The notes below the pieces were generated by a model. It saw only the letters and a list, made by a program, of their open reading frames with translations. It had not been told where the DNA came from and did not search any database. Positions 14,421 to 28,337 of a stretch of DNA of 64,000 nt are shown here, piece after piece (the first letter of the stretch is position 1; each line of letters begins with the position of its first letter). Source of the stretch: Octopus sinensis (lineage: Eukaryota); the NCBI RefSeq assembly GCF_006345805.1, contig NC_042997.1, positions 121,334,001 to 121,398,000 on the forward strand. The letters run 5' to 3'. Both the position numbers and the translations under genes were made by a program.

Positions 14421-15762
14421 AGCATGATAGATATTTCTTTTGTTATTCCCCATCTCTCTATATACGATAAATCCACGAGTTTATTCAGCTGCAATACCAC
14501 AAATGTATCTAATATTCGTTTCGTGGAATACGAAATTATATTTAAGTGATATATGGTCTTGTAGTATCTTTAGAACCACATTAGCCAAAACATTATCAAC
14601 TGACGTTTATTGATGCTGTTGCCCATTATAAACATCTATCGTTAATGCTTGAATCGGATTCACGGATTGAACAGAAACAGGCTGGAAGTGATTTTCAAGC
14701 GAATGAAAATACTATAGCTGTAAGAAATTTCATATAAAACAGCGGCATGTCTCTCATCAAAGAAGTGGTTTGATCCTTCTTTCGATGTACAGTTTAATCA
14801 TTAGCAGCGATGCGTGGTTTTATTTGTATTATGTGTTAAGGAGGAGAAAGATAAACCTACACCAATCCCATGAAAGTTTTATATCGCCGTATACATTCAA
14901 AGACCTGGTAATGAATTCGCTAAAGCTGAAACTTCTAAAATCAACCCATACGGAATTTAAGTTGGAATATGTGATACGTGTTTCTTACAAGGTGGTGTAC
15001 GAAGGTTCTAGGCGCAATCCCCGCTTCCTGGCCAATCCAATAAAATGACAGTGATTTTTTCAATATTCACATAAGGCATGTAGCTATAATGTTGCTATAC
15101 AAATGTGAAATATCATGCTCAAAGGGTTTAATATAAATTCTGCATATGCATTCCCTATTCGAGCTTAAGGTCAAAAAATTGCTATCGAGATAGATGTTTC
15201 CCGCATTTAGCAATTTATGCATATGAAACATTTCGGTGATTTTAATTAGAATTTTCTCTAAGAACAGAAGCGGCAGTGTCAAGAATCGAATGCAAAAGAA
15301 AGCCATTTTGTATTTCCGCCTCGGAAGAAATAGAAAATATTGATTCGATGTTTGATGACGCTACAAAAATGAATGTGTATTCATAAAAAATATATTATTT
15401 CTGACATTCATGTGGTCTGAGGCAAGTAGAAGATTTTTCCTAAAAACACAATTATTTCTCTCCGTCATGTTGCCTAATCTATATGTCATCAATGGTTTAT
15501 AAATCGGTTATCTTTCTTTATCTTCAACGGAATATTCCTGTCAGAGAATGTCATTACAAAGCAAATCTTCTTTACGTTAGCATGTCATTCTATCATTCTA
15601 TGTAGCAGTGATTTTGTCATGTGTGGCTTTATTAATATTTTATGGAGTCAGAGGCGGTTTATTGGTATAATCGTTAGAGTGTCGCGCAGAGTGACTTGAC
15701 GTGTTTGCTTATGCCACTTGCATTCTGAGTTCAAATCCGGCCGAATTCAACTTGAATTTTAA

Positions 15763-16153
15763 TCCCTATATATATAAAGCTGAAGTTGCCTGCGTATGGC
15801 AGGTTTGGTAGCCTTCAACTAACACTATCTCCTCCGAGACCCTGCGGCGCAAGTTAACCAAAATTGAGAGTATGATAGAAGAAGGCTTGCTCTTCATTCC
15901 GAAGAAATTAAAATTCAAATCGGACCATGTTAATACCAAAAATTATTTACATCAAAAAGGTGCTTTTTTTCTATGAAAATCCCTATTTTTACGATTTTTT
16001 GACTCCAGTGTCGCCAGTTTTCGGTGTATTTCAAACAGAAAAAATGTTCAATTAAAGGGAATAACAAGCTACATAATGCAAAAGTTTTACCTTTCAAAAA
16101 TTCCAATTCTAAAGGGTCGAAACAAACCCGAGCAGAGCCGGGCGATACTGCTA
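15763..16153 (+). mobile_element. Non-autonomous Helitron inserted into a SINE
   Basis: 5' A|TCCCTATATATATAAAGCTGAAG; 3' AAACCCGAGCAGAGCCGGGCGATACTGCTA. The flanks are the two halves of the 6302-type SINE. Confidence 0.8.
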
Positions 16154-16960
16154 AAACTCGATAAAATTAAAACCAGTCAAGTACAATGACCGATGAAAAA
16201 TGAAATGATAATGCAGGGCTGTTGCAGATAACATCGTCTATCTCCCAAAATATGTCACCTGGTGAAAATGCAGTGATATCCGCTTGTTTTTTCTTTTTTT
16301 TTTTGTGTAACTATTGGTTTTTGACATCGGCATCAACTAATGATATACGAATGCTCCTAATATGAACATTTTAGCTGAAAGGAAATTTGCAGTTTAAAAA
16401 AATACAGATTATTCACAAGCGAAAATACTTATAAGTATCGATTTAAAATGGGATAAGATAGTCTGTTTACAATGAGAACCGGATAAAATTTAGAATTCAC
16501 CAATGACTTGAACGCATTAAGAGTTAACCTTAATTATATTGGTAGATTAGCACTCTCTAAGACGACAGTGTTAACAGTATATACCTAATTATAAAAGTAT
16601 ATAACTAATTATGTGTAGTGTAACATATGCATCTTCTGCTTCACCATTTTTTTTGCTTATCAACATCACGTACCTGAAGAGAACCGGAAGTGAACTGAAT
16701 TGCCTGTCCATTACTACATGTTGCAAAAATCCAGATTCTGATATGCCCAGACGATGCGTACGTAGGAATAAATTCAAATATTAATTGGAAGCTGCACTAC
16801 TGTTGCAAACATTATCGAACACACATACACAATGCATATGTATCTGCGATCGTGACTGCAACACCTTAACCACTAAGCTATGCGTCTATATATGTATGTG
16901 GGCTTGTGTTTGTGTGTGTGTATGCGTGTGTGTGTAAATATATACATATATATATATATA

Positions 16961-17081
16961 GTTGGAATTTACCAAAAAAAAACAAAAGACAAAGACAGGT
17001 GTATAAACAACAGGCAAGTGTACTAGTTTAAAGCTTGGGAAGTTGAGAAAGTCTTTTACGTTCCGAGCCTACGCTCTTCAA
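16961..17081 (-). mobile_element. Penelope-like terminal-repeat remnant with degenerate hammerhead-like motif
   Basis: Minus strand reads UUGAA-GAGC-GUAG-GCUC-GGAA-CG-UA-AAAG. It is homologous to 58543-58640 (+) and ends in (TA)n. Confidence 0.5.
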
Positions 17082-17151
17082 TCGAAACCGTGATCCTACA
17101 ACCGCGAATCCGCTCCCCTAACCACTGGGCCATTGTGCCTCCACTATATAC

Positions 17152-17183
<32 letters not shown>

Positions 17184-19330
17184 ATACACACACACACCCA
17201 CACACTTTCAATCGGTTTCACATTTCTTGATTTTAAAAGTGCTTGTTGTGTGGAACTGTGTCGCAAGCTGTATTTTTACTCGCTGGGGTTCTAAAAATCA
17301 TTCCTTTTTAAGAGAATATGTGGTCTATATCTCTATCAGTTAAAGTACAAACTGATTGGTTTAGAATGGTCACGTGATATGGTAAGAGAATTTTCTGTCA
17401 TTCTTTCGATACGGCAGAGTTTTAAAGCCAGGTAACAACCCAATGAAAATGTCACATGAAAGCTTTTGCCAAATAGATATGACATCTTCCAGTCAGAAAA
17501 ATGTCTATGAAAGCTGAATGTCGCGCCCAAATTTAGAGCTGTTTAGCCCACTTCTCTTATTTAGCCAAAGCGTGTAACTATGTATTTTGCCTTAATGAAT
17601 GATAACGTCAAATATGTTCGGTGCTGATTAATTCGTATAAAAACTGTTGAAGGTGCCGCCGCAGCATAGCCATTATCTAATGGCTGAAATATATAACAGA
17701 TAGAAGATAGAAAAGTCGAAAAAGAAATGTTACTTATAATCTAGTTTGAATGCTTAACTGTTATGAATAATTATTGTATTGCTGAAACATTTCATGTGAA
17801 TACGAAATAATTATTTGGCTTCTAAATTTTCGGAACTTTCATTGAAATATTTTGCGTGTACTGAGCAATTATAAATAAATTGATAAGCAGTTGATGACAG
17901 ATAAGGAAATGTGTGTTGGTGCGTACATACATATGCACACATATGTGCTCGTGTACGCCAATTGGACTAGACTTCTTTAAAAGTGAAATGAATGTAACAG
18001 AAATTTGCTATGCCGAAAATGAAAGTGTTAGTAATGAATTTAAACGTGTGCTGTAAATTAATTTCATAACTTGTATTTCTTAATAAACAAACTTTCTTTA
18101 TTTATTAGTATTTGGGACATCTGGTCGTTGATAAAAGTCGAGACTAATAATTTGGGCATTTAGATTTTGAGCATGTGTCCAAATGTTCCTCAGATAAATC
18201 ATTAATGTCATAATAAAGATGGGTTTGGTTTATTTGATATAATCCCCGCCACATTCATTGAACTTGACGGCATATATTATTTTCTTTGAAGTGCAAATAA
18301 AGCGGATTTACACAATAAAAATTTATCCCGTTTTAAATTTATATAATCTGTCCTCAAAAAGTTCCGCAATCAGAGCCGCCTCACTGGACGTTAACTGATA
18401 AAGAACTGATCCACGTTCTCTCCATAAAAACAAAGGATTTTAAAACACCGACAAGAAAATGCGGTTTGCGAAACGTCTCCATAACACCTACATTTTTGAT
18501 TAGTCACAGTCGCTAGATTACGGATAAAATTGTGTACCATTCAAGCACTGGTGTCGACCAACCCCTACCCGAAAACATGACAGAATTGTACCAGCGTTGG
18601 ACAAAATTTTTTGCTGTATTTCTTTCGACAATTATATGTTCAGAATTCAAATCCCGATCTGGATCATAAAAATAATGTAATGGTCGTGTAATGGTGTTGG
18701 TAGTTTTCACTGACCTCACCCAAATTTAAGGTCTTGTGCTTCTGTTATTCAATACACTTCACAACTTGATACATTATTGGTGTATTAAATGGAACCCAGT
18801 AAGTAACTTTTATTTCATTTATCGATCCATACTAGCGATAGATGATAATTTAAACCTCAATACGATATAGACGTAAATTCGTGAGTAAATACTTCAATCA
18901 TTTTATAACGAGCCCCAAACATTAATTTAGTTCTGGCCAGCCTTAATTAAAGCGCTATAATCAAACATAGTTCAACCGTGACCACATATTTTCTCGTATT
19001 ACTATAGGAATAGCCATTATTGAAGGGCTTCTGTTTTAAGACGGAAAATATGGTTCGGTGGAGATTCAGCTGCTATCTATAGTGTGTCGATTGAAGTTTA
19101 CACGTTCAATAAGTGTAATCCGATATTTTGCGTTTGATATCGCTGCTTCACATGGAACAATGATGAATCAAAATTATTTTTACGATGTTATATTGCTACT
19201 GTTGTATCTATGGAAACAGAATTTCTGAATATTGCCTGCAATAACCCTTACACTTATCTCTGTGATGTTATTTAAAGAATTTGCTATCATTACTCCTGAA
19301 ACGTAGCGGGTTACTTGTTTTTGTTTTTAG

Positions 19331-19429
19331 GAATATGGCAACACTAAGAATGATAAATATGTACATTAGCAATAAGCCTCCGTTTGACAATATCCTTTTA
19401 GCAACTAAGATATCCATTGACCACAACAC
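19331..19429 (+). other. Candidate 99-nt internal exon (phase 2-2)
   Basis: Acceptor TTGTTTTTGTTTTTAG|G and donor AC|GTAAGT. Only one frame is open: NMATLRMINMYISNKPPFDNILLATKISIDHN. No recognisable homology. Confidence 0.3.
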
Positions 19430-22400
19430 GTAAGTCTCTTGTAATACTTTTGATTGTGTTTTAATTATAACTTAATATTTTGTTACACGATTTCTCGCTC
19501 GTCACGCTTAGGTAAACAAGAAAGCCAAGAAAACCATTATGACACATAGTCTTGAAGTTGTTACGGTTTAGAAACAGGCTAGTTCTTTGAAACAGACATC
19601 AATCAATTTTTTGTTTTTGCCAGTCGTGACTTCACTGTATTTATTTTAATAGTTGTTGCTGTTGTTTGAGCATATAAAGCAGCGCGTTTTATTTTTTCTC
19701 AAGTTGAGGTGTAGGTTCAAAAAAACATTTTGCTATTTCTATAAAGACGAAGTCTATGCAGATTTATCCCCCTTTGAGTCAGTGCAGCCAAAGAGTTGCA
19801 AGCGTCGTGGAATAACACATTTTGGAAGAGACTTATTTGTTGTTTTATCGGACATAGGTCTAAGAATTGTTTTGTAACTATTTTGCATCTGTAAGAAGTA
19901 ATTTTCCTTAAAACAATATCTTCTGTATGAACTTACATGTTTTCTCCATTTTCGTTTTCGTGTTGAACAGGCTGATGCTGTAAAGTCTTTTTACAAAATA
20001 TCTTGCAGTATCTATTCAGGTTTCTGACGTTCTAAGTTCAAATCTCACCGAAGACAACGTTATACTTCAAGCGGTCTTATCTAGTACACAGAAAATTTCG
20101 TATAAGAATGTTGGGCGGTATACTGTGCAGCATTTTATCCTGATTTTTTTCCTTATGAGGTCAAATCTCGATCTGATCTACATAAATTGTAGACGTAATC
20201 ACTCGTCAATTTTTACACCATCACCTGCACTTTGGACATCTTTAGCGAAGTTCACTCCTTTGTAAGCATTCTTCCCGGATCTTCCGTATGAAGATAGCTT
20301 AGTTGGAGACTCTGTAAAAAGTCATGTGCACTGCTTTTCTTCCTGATCAAGTGATAAAGAAATTATTATATCATAACTATTGTCAATTCAAAAATATATA
20401 TTCACAATATTATTAACATATACACGGAGTGAAAGTCAGGTCTTAAATCGAAGAGGAATAATATTATTATATTTAGAATGAAATACAAAGCATCGGTCAT
20501 TAATTGTTCCTAGCATAGTTATTGAATTATTGGAAAGGAAGTGATGCTCTGTAGTATCCATCCTGGTTATCGGATATTCTGTGAGATTCAGTATATTAGC
20601 TGAATAAACATGAAAGCAAAGCTGCTGGAAGAACTTGTATCCTAGTTCACTGAACACTCAGTATCAAGAAATAAATGTCAGTTTGAAGTAATAAAAGAAT
20701 CAATAAGCTCAAAGTCACTTAGCGACAGACTCCTTTTTGTGTTAGGACTTTTGTATTCTATCAAGAAACGTCTCCACTATATCAAATGATTCGATGTTTT
20801 TGAAGATTACCATCGCAACTAACTCCAGAATTATAAATGTCTATAAATATTGTTTTTTCTCCAATTAACATCGATTCTGTTCTAAGTATATTTGTAATGC
20901 TAGTCATTCTATATTTCTGTTTTCATATATTGTATTTTATTTTCTTGGTTCATTTGAAAGATTATAAGAAAAACATATTTTGTCTACAAGAAGCACTCCC
21001 TTTGAAATTATTATCGATGAATAATATAAATATGAATAGTTACCAATTGTTTGCCAATTCTATTCTTGGCAAACAACCAATTATTAAGAATCAATGATCA
21101 TGTTCGTATAAACAGAGAACAATTGGCGACTTTTATACAGTATTTCATTAGTTAATGTGCCAAGAAAGCTTTTATGTCACATTAGAAAACGTTAATTTCA
21201 TCAGAAAGTCGAAATAAAGATTTCGAGATTTATTTTTAATTTAATCTTTCTATATAAAGAACTCATGCGAATTGTCTTTAATCGAATTAAGCATTCGTTC
21301 TATTTCTATCAGTTTTATACGCCAGAAACACTGATTACTGTAAGCACTTAAACTTTTCTGTAATGATTTTACATTAAGTAAATAAATTCAGTCCTTGACT
21401 GTTTCAAATGGATTTAGAACTAATATTTATCTTAGACATGTCGCTTTCATGCATCACAATATCTCGATCATTTTCTGGCCTTGGGCTACCATTTCAGAGT
21501 TATCCAAGGAGAGTAGTTATGAAGACAGTTTTTGTCACAAAGATTTCTTCATGTTCGAGTATTTTATTTATAGCTATTTTATATGACTTCTCTCAAATGT
21601 AAACACGGCAGTCTATTTATATCCTTTACGTATGAAAGGAAGCGTAAAACATTTAGGCTTAGTTCACTGATAGCGGAAGATTATATAAATGTTTGTAACA
21701 ATGCTGTATACGTCGGTTTATTGTACATGGAGTGGAGGAAGAAATGGATGAAGGATATAGCTAAAATACATATTTTATATTAAAATAATTTAACAACAAA
21801 CTCATAAACAACATATCTTCAGTGCATTCTGAAAAAAAACAGAAACATTTAATATTGGAAATAGAGCGAAATAAAGTGGGATAAGTGATATGCCAATATT
21901 GATAAATATTTGAACAAGGAAGTAATAATCTTTTCTCTTTTTTTTCATAAAAATATTAAACATAAAATAAATTTCATCTCAACTCTGTTGTTTGGCAGAA
22001 TAAATCAAGGCAATATATTCGTTTTTAATATCTAAACCAATTGTGAGATGGCGTTTCAGAAAATGAATTAATGGATCCTGTTTATGTGATTTTGAATGTC
22101 AGACTCAGCCGATGTATTTTCCAACTGTCTGGTTTCGTTTATGTGGATTAGTGCACATCTTGCTCTCATTTCTGTATATCTCCAAATGTTTAGTTTGGAA
22201 TGACCCCGTCCAAATTAGTAATAGATGCATATGCATAGGTGTCTATGAACGTATTTTGCTTCTATTTTTAATTCTTTGAAGTCTTCCTGTGAAGGTACAA
22301 AGATACTATCTTCTAACTTTGGAATGTAGATAGCAAAATGATGTCACATATTGAAATTCAGAAACGTCTTGTATATTTTTACTGTTCCACTAAAATACTG

Positions 22401-22441
22401 TAAATGTAATGTGGATGTTATATGTGTTTGTATGTATACAA

Positions 22442-22442
<1 letters not shown>

Positions 22443-22473
<31 letters not shown>

Positions 22474-22626
22474 GTATGTATACACATACATACATACACT
22501 CACACACAAACGCACACACACGTACACACACATATCATATATATATATATACATATATACATATATATATGTATATATATACATATATACATATATATAT
22601 ATGCATATATACATACATATCTGAAC

Positions 22627-22684
<58 letters not shown>

Positions 22685-22694
22685 GTATGTATGA

Positions 22695-22727
<33 letters not shown>

Positions 22728-22783
22728 GTATATATATACATATATACATATATATATATGCATATATACATACATATCTGAAC

Positions 22784-22837
<54 letters not shown>

Positions 22838-22847
22838 GTATGTATGA

Positions 22848-22880
<33 letters not shown>

Positions 22881-23058
22881 GTATATATATGTATATGTAC
22901 ATGCATATATATGTATGTATATGTATATATATTTATATATAGATATATATACACACATACATATCTATATAAATATATATATATATACATATATACATAT
23001 ATATATACATACATAGATAAATATATACATACATACATATACACATCGATACATATAT
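22443..23058. repeat. Microsatellite mosaic containing a ~155-bp tandem duplication
   Basis: ATATGCATATATACATACATATCTGAACATATAT..(GT)n..GTATGATACATAC occurs at ~22600 and ~22757. Confidence 0.88.
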
Positions 23059-24456
23059 CAAAAGAGAGAGAAAGATCAGTAATTAACGGAATCAATAGTA
23101 AATTACTCATACAGTCTAAGATAGATTTCAAATTTCGTCACAAGACCAGCAATTTGGGGTAAGTTATAAGTCGATTACGTCGACACTCACCGTTCAACTG
23201 GTACTCATTTTATCGATCTCGCAAGGATGAAAGGCAAAATCGACCGCGGCGTAATTTGAAGTAAGAACGTAAAGGCGAACGAAATGTCACTAAACACCGG
23301 CGTCTTACTTATAAATTTGAATAAGTTCTGGGATATTGTACTTAATGACGTATGCAACGCCTTCTCCTCTAATAAAATATTCGCTATGCCATTTAGAATA
23401 TAATCCCCTATTTATCTAAATACATATTGAAATATTTGAGTAATTCCCCCTAGCTTCTCTGTTTTCTTTCTGTTTCTATTGGTGAAAATGTTTTGTAACT
23501 TGTATCCACGAGTAATAATCATAGGCGATTAATTTGATATACAGCAGCATCACTAAGCTTTGTTTACGATGTCCACAAACACAGAATATATCCGCAACTA
23601 TCATATTTCCTGCAAAACAAATATCATCATGTAAATAATTTTTTAAAAATTAATTATTACAATTATCTGCCATTTCCTTTGAAATTAAACTTCATTTATT
23701 ATGAGGCATTTTCTTTTATTTCTCCAGCTAAAAAGGATACTTCAATTAATTGAGAATAATTGCTGTAACCCAGTAGATTTATTTCTTTATTGGCCACGCT
23801 GGGCTGAACACAGAAGGGACATAATACAAAGTAAAGCTTTTCTTTTTGGGAAGAAGATGAGAAGTACCAAAAAAAGGGGGGCGATTTTCGATCAAAAGGG
23901 ATCGTGAAAAAAAAATAATAAAGGTGGTGACGATCAATAGGGATCGTGTATCACAGAAATGCTAATGTAAAAAGGGGAAACATATTAAGTTTGTCCGTGT
24001 ATAGAAAAGCCTAGGGAAAAGACCACGGGAACCTTGGGCAATAGTGTCATGCAAAAAGAAAACACATTACAGTAATGGCTCTCTTTTTCCTTTCGTTTTT
24101 CCTTTCTTTAAAACTTTGCTTTACTTCAATCGGCATGCGATAGTTATTTCCATATTACTTTTTTGTTTTTTGCTTCGTATTTTTGTTTTCGGAAATAATT
24201 GATAATTACCAATGACTATTAACAAGTGAGATAAATATCAGACATGATTTTTCCCACGAAGAAACTGCAGGAGCTATTCGGTGATATCGTAAGCTCTTTG
24301 GAACCCATCGCAATAACGGAAGACTTTCCGTATGATATATTTATCTCAGGGTCACATGCGTTTCTCTTCATAGCCTGTAAGCTTCATTTGAGCTGTATAG
24401 CTAGTACAGAACTAGTCTACGTCTGTAGATGAGTTCTACATGCAGTCTCTCGTCAA

Positions 24457-24708
24457 CTACAACCAACTTCGGCTGGTTTCAGCTTTCATCTACTTGGTGG
24501 CTTTCTTCAGTTGCCTGGGTTCCAGATCAAGCTTCTGCAGGAAATTGCCTAATGGTCTAGCTGGAAACCCACAGTAGCCGACTTCAATAGGAAATGAGGC
24601 CGTATGCCACATTTGACTATGTCCCCCATCGACCAAGTTCTGATATTTATCTTTCTTTAGCTAGTGAGAATCATTGATTCAGTCCTTCCATGGCTCTGCA
24701 AGTTTAAC
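24457..24708 (-). pseudogene. C-terminal restriction-like endonuclease remnant of a HERO/NeSL-type non-LTR retrotransposon
   Basis: One frame reads VKLAEPWKD*INDSH*LKKDKYQNLVDGGHSQMWHTASFPIEVGYCGFPARPLGNFLQKL..AETSRSWL (cf. ELTVPWE..KKxKY..W..PVEVGCRGF..SxWLW). Confidence 0.78.
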
Positions 24709-25493
24709 CACTATATATTAGATTCAGATTGCTGCAGCAGGGCTCACAATGCAATGCCAGCTTGGAATAGTTACGGAAAATCAGATTATTCAGTAGCAAG
24801 CCTCGTGCTGTACAATAAATTTTAATAGAAAAATGTTCAAGAAACAATACCCTTAATAGTTTTATACAATGCTTAAAATGAGGTCTCCAAAACTGGAATT
24901 CTTTTCCGTACAGTAATTTCTACAAATAACCTCATCACATTTTTTTCGCTGTTAAGCTAAGTTATAAGAGTTATCTTTCCTTCTGGAGTAAGTTTCATTT
25001 GTTAGATTGTATTTTTTCCTAAGCAATGTGGGAAATGATTAGCATAACCGGACACCAATAGCTTAACTGCAGATGTCCTTATTTCTTCAAAATATACAAA
25101 ATTTATCCCCCATTGTTATGCCTGAAAATCAACATCAATAACAATTATTTACTCATATATCGCCTGATTTCATGAATGCATTTATGGTGGGGAGGGGGTA
25201 TTCTGCGTGCTTGCGAGCACGCGTGTATACATAGTTTGACGTGCTGTACACATTTTATATATTAAGTAAATGAGCTAGTCAGAATTTTGGACAATTATTT
25301 ATTTAGCGCTTTCGTCTCGTTTCAGATATTCGTCTTCTTAATGACATTTTTACATAAAATTTTTGCCATTTGGCATGAATTATCTATAAAAAAATCATAC
25401 ATTGTTTCATGAGGATTTTCTGAAGGGAGATGAACGCTCTAAATAAATAATTATCTAAAATTCTGACAAACCCATTTTTCTTAATAGACAGAA

Positions 25494-25535
25494 AGACAGA
25501 TAGACAGATTGACAGATAGATATATATATATATAT

Positions 25536-25609
<74 letters not shown>

Positions 25610-25614
25610 CGATC

Positions 25615-25661
<47 letters not shown>

Positions 25662-25772
25662 CGACAGACAGACATATAGATACATACATAAATACACACA
25701 TACATACATACAAACAAACATACATACATACATACATACATACATACATACATACATACATACATACATACA
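25494..25772. repeat. (GATA)n/(GACA)n/(CATA)n compound microsatellite
   Basis: Directly visible. Confidence 0.95.
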
Positions 25773-26102
25773 TAGACTGAACCGATTAGAGTTTCTTATT
25801 TACAATAAAAATCAGAATAAAAATTTTAAAAATATGCAGTTGTAACAATCCTCGTATTCATTGCAATTGTTTTGGATTTACACTCGCATAAATATTCATA
25901 AATCCATTGGAGGGAACCCGGGATTTACCAATCGGATCAATTACAATGAGATTGCTTATCTAAGTAATTTTAGAAGCTCCTTACTATTCGATGCGGTTAG
26001 ACGAAACCCGGATTGTAACTGAGTGCTCGTACAGTATCTTACTGGATAATTTATACATATATATGTATTGTACACACACACACACACATGCACACACACA
26101 CA

Positions 26103-26133
<31 letters not shown>

Positions 26134-26135
<2 letters not shown>

Positions 26136-26299
26136 GGCATAGCTGTGTGGTAAGATGCTTGCATCCCAACCACATGGTTCCGGCTTCAGTCCCACTGCGA
26201 CGTAATTTGGGCAAGTGCCTTCTACTATAGCCGCGGGCCGACCAAAACCTCGTGAATGAATTAATAGATGGAAACTAAAAGAAACCCATCGAATATACT

Positions 26300-26332
<33 letters not shown>

Positions 26333-26563
26333 ATGTGTGTGTGTGTGTGTATGTGTGCGTGTGTGTGTATGTGTTTGTGTGTATATTTGTCCACCCAGCA
26401 TCGCTTGTCAACGGATATTGGTATGTGTAGCGGTTCGGTAAAAGAAACCGATACAATAAGTACTTAGTTTACAAAGAATAAGTTCTGGGGTTGATTTGTT
26501 CGATTAAAGGTTGTGCTCCAGTATGGCCGCAGTCAAATGACGGAAACGAATAAAAGAATAAAA
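26134..26563 (+). mobile_element. SINE, same family as 7561-8022
   Basis: Shares head, internal (TG)n and tail. Confidence 0.82.
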
Positions 26564-26996
26564 GTATATAAACAGAGACAGAGAGAGTGAGAGATAAAAA
26601 CATTCATATATATATACACATATATACATATATCGAATACAGTCCTTTTGAGTAAATGTGTATGCAATTATATGCTTCAACTCGAGAATTAGATCTTTTT
26701 AGTTCTTATTTCTTGCAATCTAGGTGTTCTAACACCCTAGTCATATTTGGCGACAGTTATAGTTTTAGTTTTTGTAATACATTGCACACGGCTGACTATT
26801 GATTTTTACAAAAATATATACGTATATACATACAAATACAGTCAAATACTGATGAAGGGTCGATCTCTGTGTTTTACTTTCCTGCTTTCCATTTTTTTTT
26901 TTTGTTCTCATTGTTTGCTAATTTAACACGTTATTTTCATATTTTGGTATTTCATGTTGTTTACACAGTTTGTGATGTCCTGTAAACATATATACA

Positions 26997-27047
<51 letters not shown>

Positions 27048-27064
27048 CTGTATATATATATATC

Positions 27065-27753
27065 AGAAATCAAAAAAGGAAAATACACATACTTTACATA
27101 GTTTAAATATAATTTTTAATATATCGACCGGTTTTTCTTTCGCTTTTCATGATATTATGGTTTACATAAAAAGAAATCTTGTCCATGTTGTGTGTGATGA
27201 TATTTACGAGTGAATGACTTCACAAGTAGAAAAATAAGGGGACGTAATTTGTTATCGTTATTATTGTTATTGTTGTGGGCAAGGGAGATAACGGTTCAGC
27301 TTTCGGTAAGTGGGGGATATATATGTACAGAAAAAAATATGTTTCGACAAACATTTTCCATTTCTTTTTTCTCGTTGTTTGCGCATTTAACTCATTTGCT
27401 TTCGTATATATGTACAGACAAAATATATATGTACAGACTAAAAACAAATGTTTTTCAAAATCTGTTTTCTCTGTACATATATATTCCCCTCGTCTTAACG
27501 AAAGCTGAACAGTTAGTTCCTTGCCCACAACAATAACAATAATAACGATAGCCAATTACCTCCCTTTGTTGTTCTACTTGTGAAGGCAATCATTCCTAAT
27601 TATCATCACACAACCTGGACGAAATTTCTTCTCAAGAAAATACATTTACAAATAAGTAAACCATATCATGAATAGCGAACGCGAAATCAGTCGATATATT
27701 AAAAATTTTACTAAAATTATATAACATGTGTGTATTTCCCTTTTTTAATTTCT
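27065..27753. mobile_element. Foldback/MITE-like element with ~270-bp imperfect inverted arms
   Basis: 27065-27337 vs 27465-27753, e.g. GTTATCGTTATTATTGTTATTGTTGTGGGCAAGG / CCTTGCCCACAACAATAACAATAATAACGATAGC. Confidence 0.85.
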
Positions 27754-28050
27754 TCTATACATTACAACTCACCACGTGTGAATAATCGAAATTCCTGCTT
27801 TCTGTTACTATTTTCTGTTACTGCATCCTCATTACACAAGGAAAGCCATTGCCAAGAAGACTTACTGAAATGATTCATGATCGTGGCCATGTGATGCCCT
27901 TATATGACTTTTAAGCCCGGCCAAGCTTTTACACATTTTATTACATACTAGACAACTCTGCTGGCTGGCAGGAGAAACAGGTGCCACCATATGCACTCTC
28001 TTAACATATTATTTAGACCTCCAACTGAGAGGCACACCCTTCCACATCTA

Positions 28051-28141
<91 letters not shown>

Positions 28142-28269
28142 GTGGAGGCACATGGCTTAGTGGTCAGTGCAGCGGGCGATGTGTATGTTTATGAGTGAAA
28201 CACCTAAGCTCCACGCGGCTCCAGCAGAAGGTAATGGCGAACTTCTGCCGATTCTTTCGCCACAACTTT
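28142..28269 (+). mobile_element. Truncated H1 SINE with the B-box region deleted
   Basis: GTGGAGGCACATGGCTTAGTGG..GCAGCGG joined directly to GCGATGTGTATGTTTATGAGTGAAACACC. Other H1 head fragments lie at 17082-17144 (-) and 33061-33208 (-). Confidence 0.7.
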
Positions 28270-28271
28270 AC

Positions 28272-28337
<66 letters not shown>

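Noticed and set aside
14124-14549. Thr/Ser/Leu-rich ORFs as mucin-like or polyQ protein
   Set aside because: They are short trinucleotide-repeat translations without splice or homology support.
24451-24520. CTGAAGA...GAAA on the minus strand resembling a hammerhead
   Set aside because: No consistent stem I or III, and the sequence is explained as coding (QLKKATK*MKAET) in the RLE remnant.
26848-26875. CTGATGAAGGG motif; likewise CTGATGA at ~60753
   Set aside because: No stem II closing onto GAAA.
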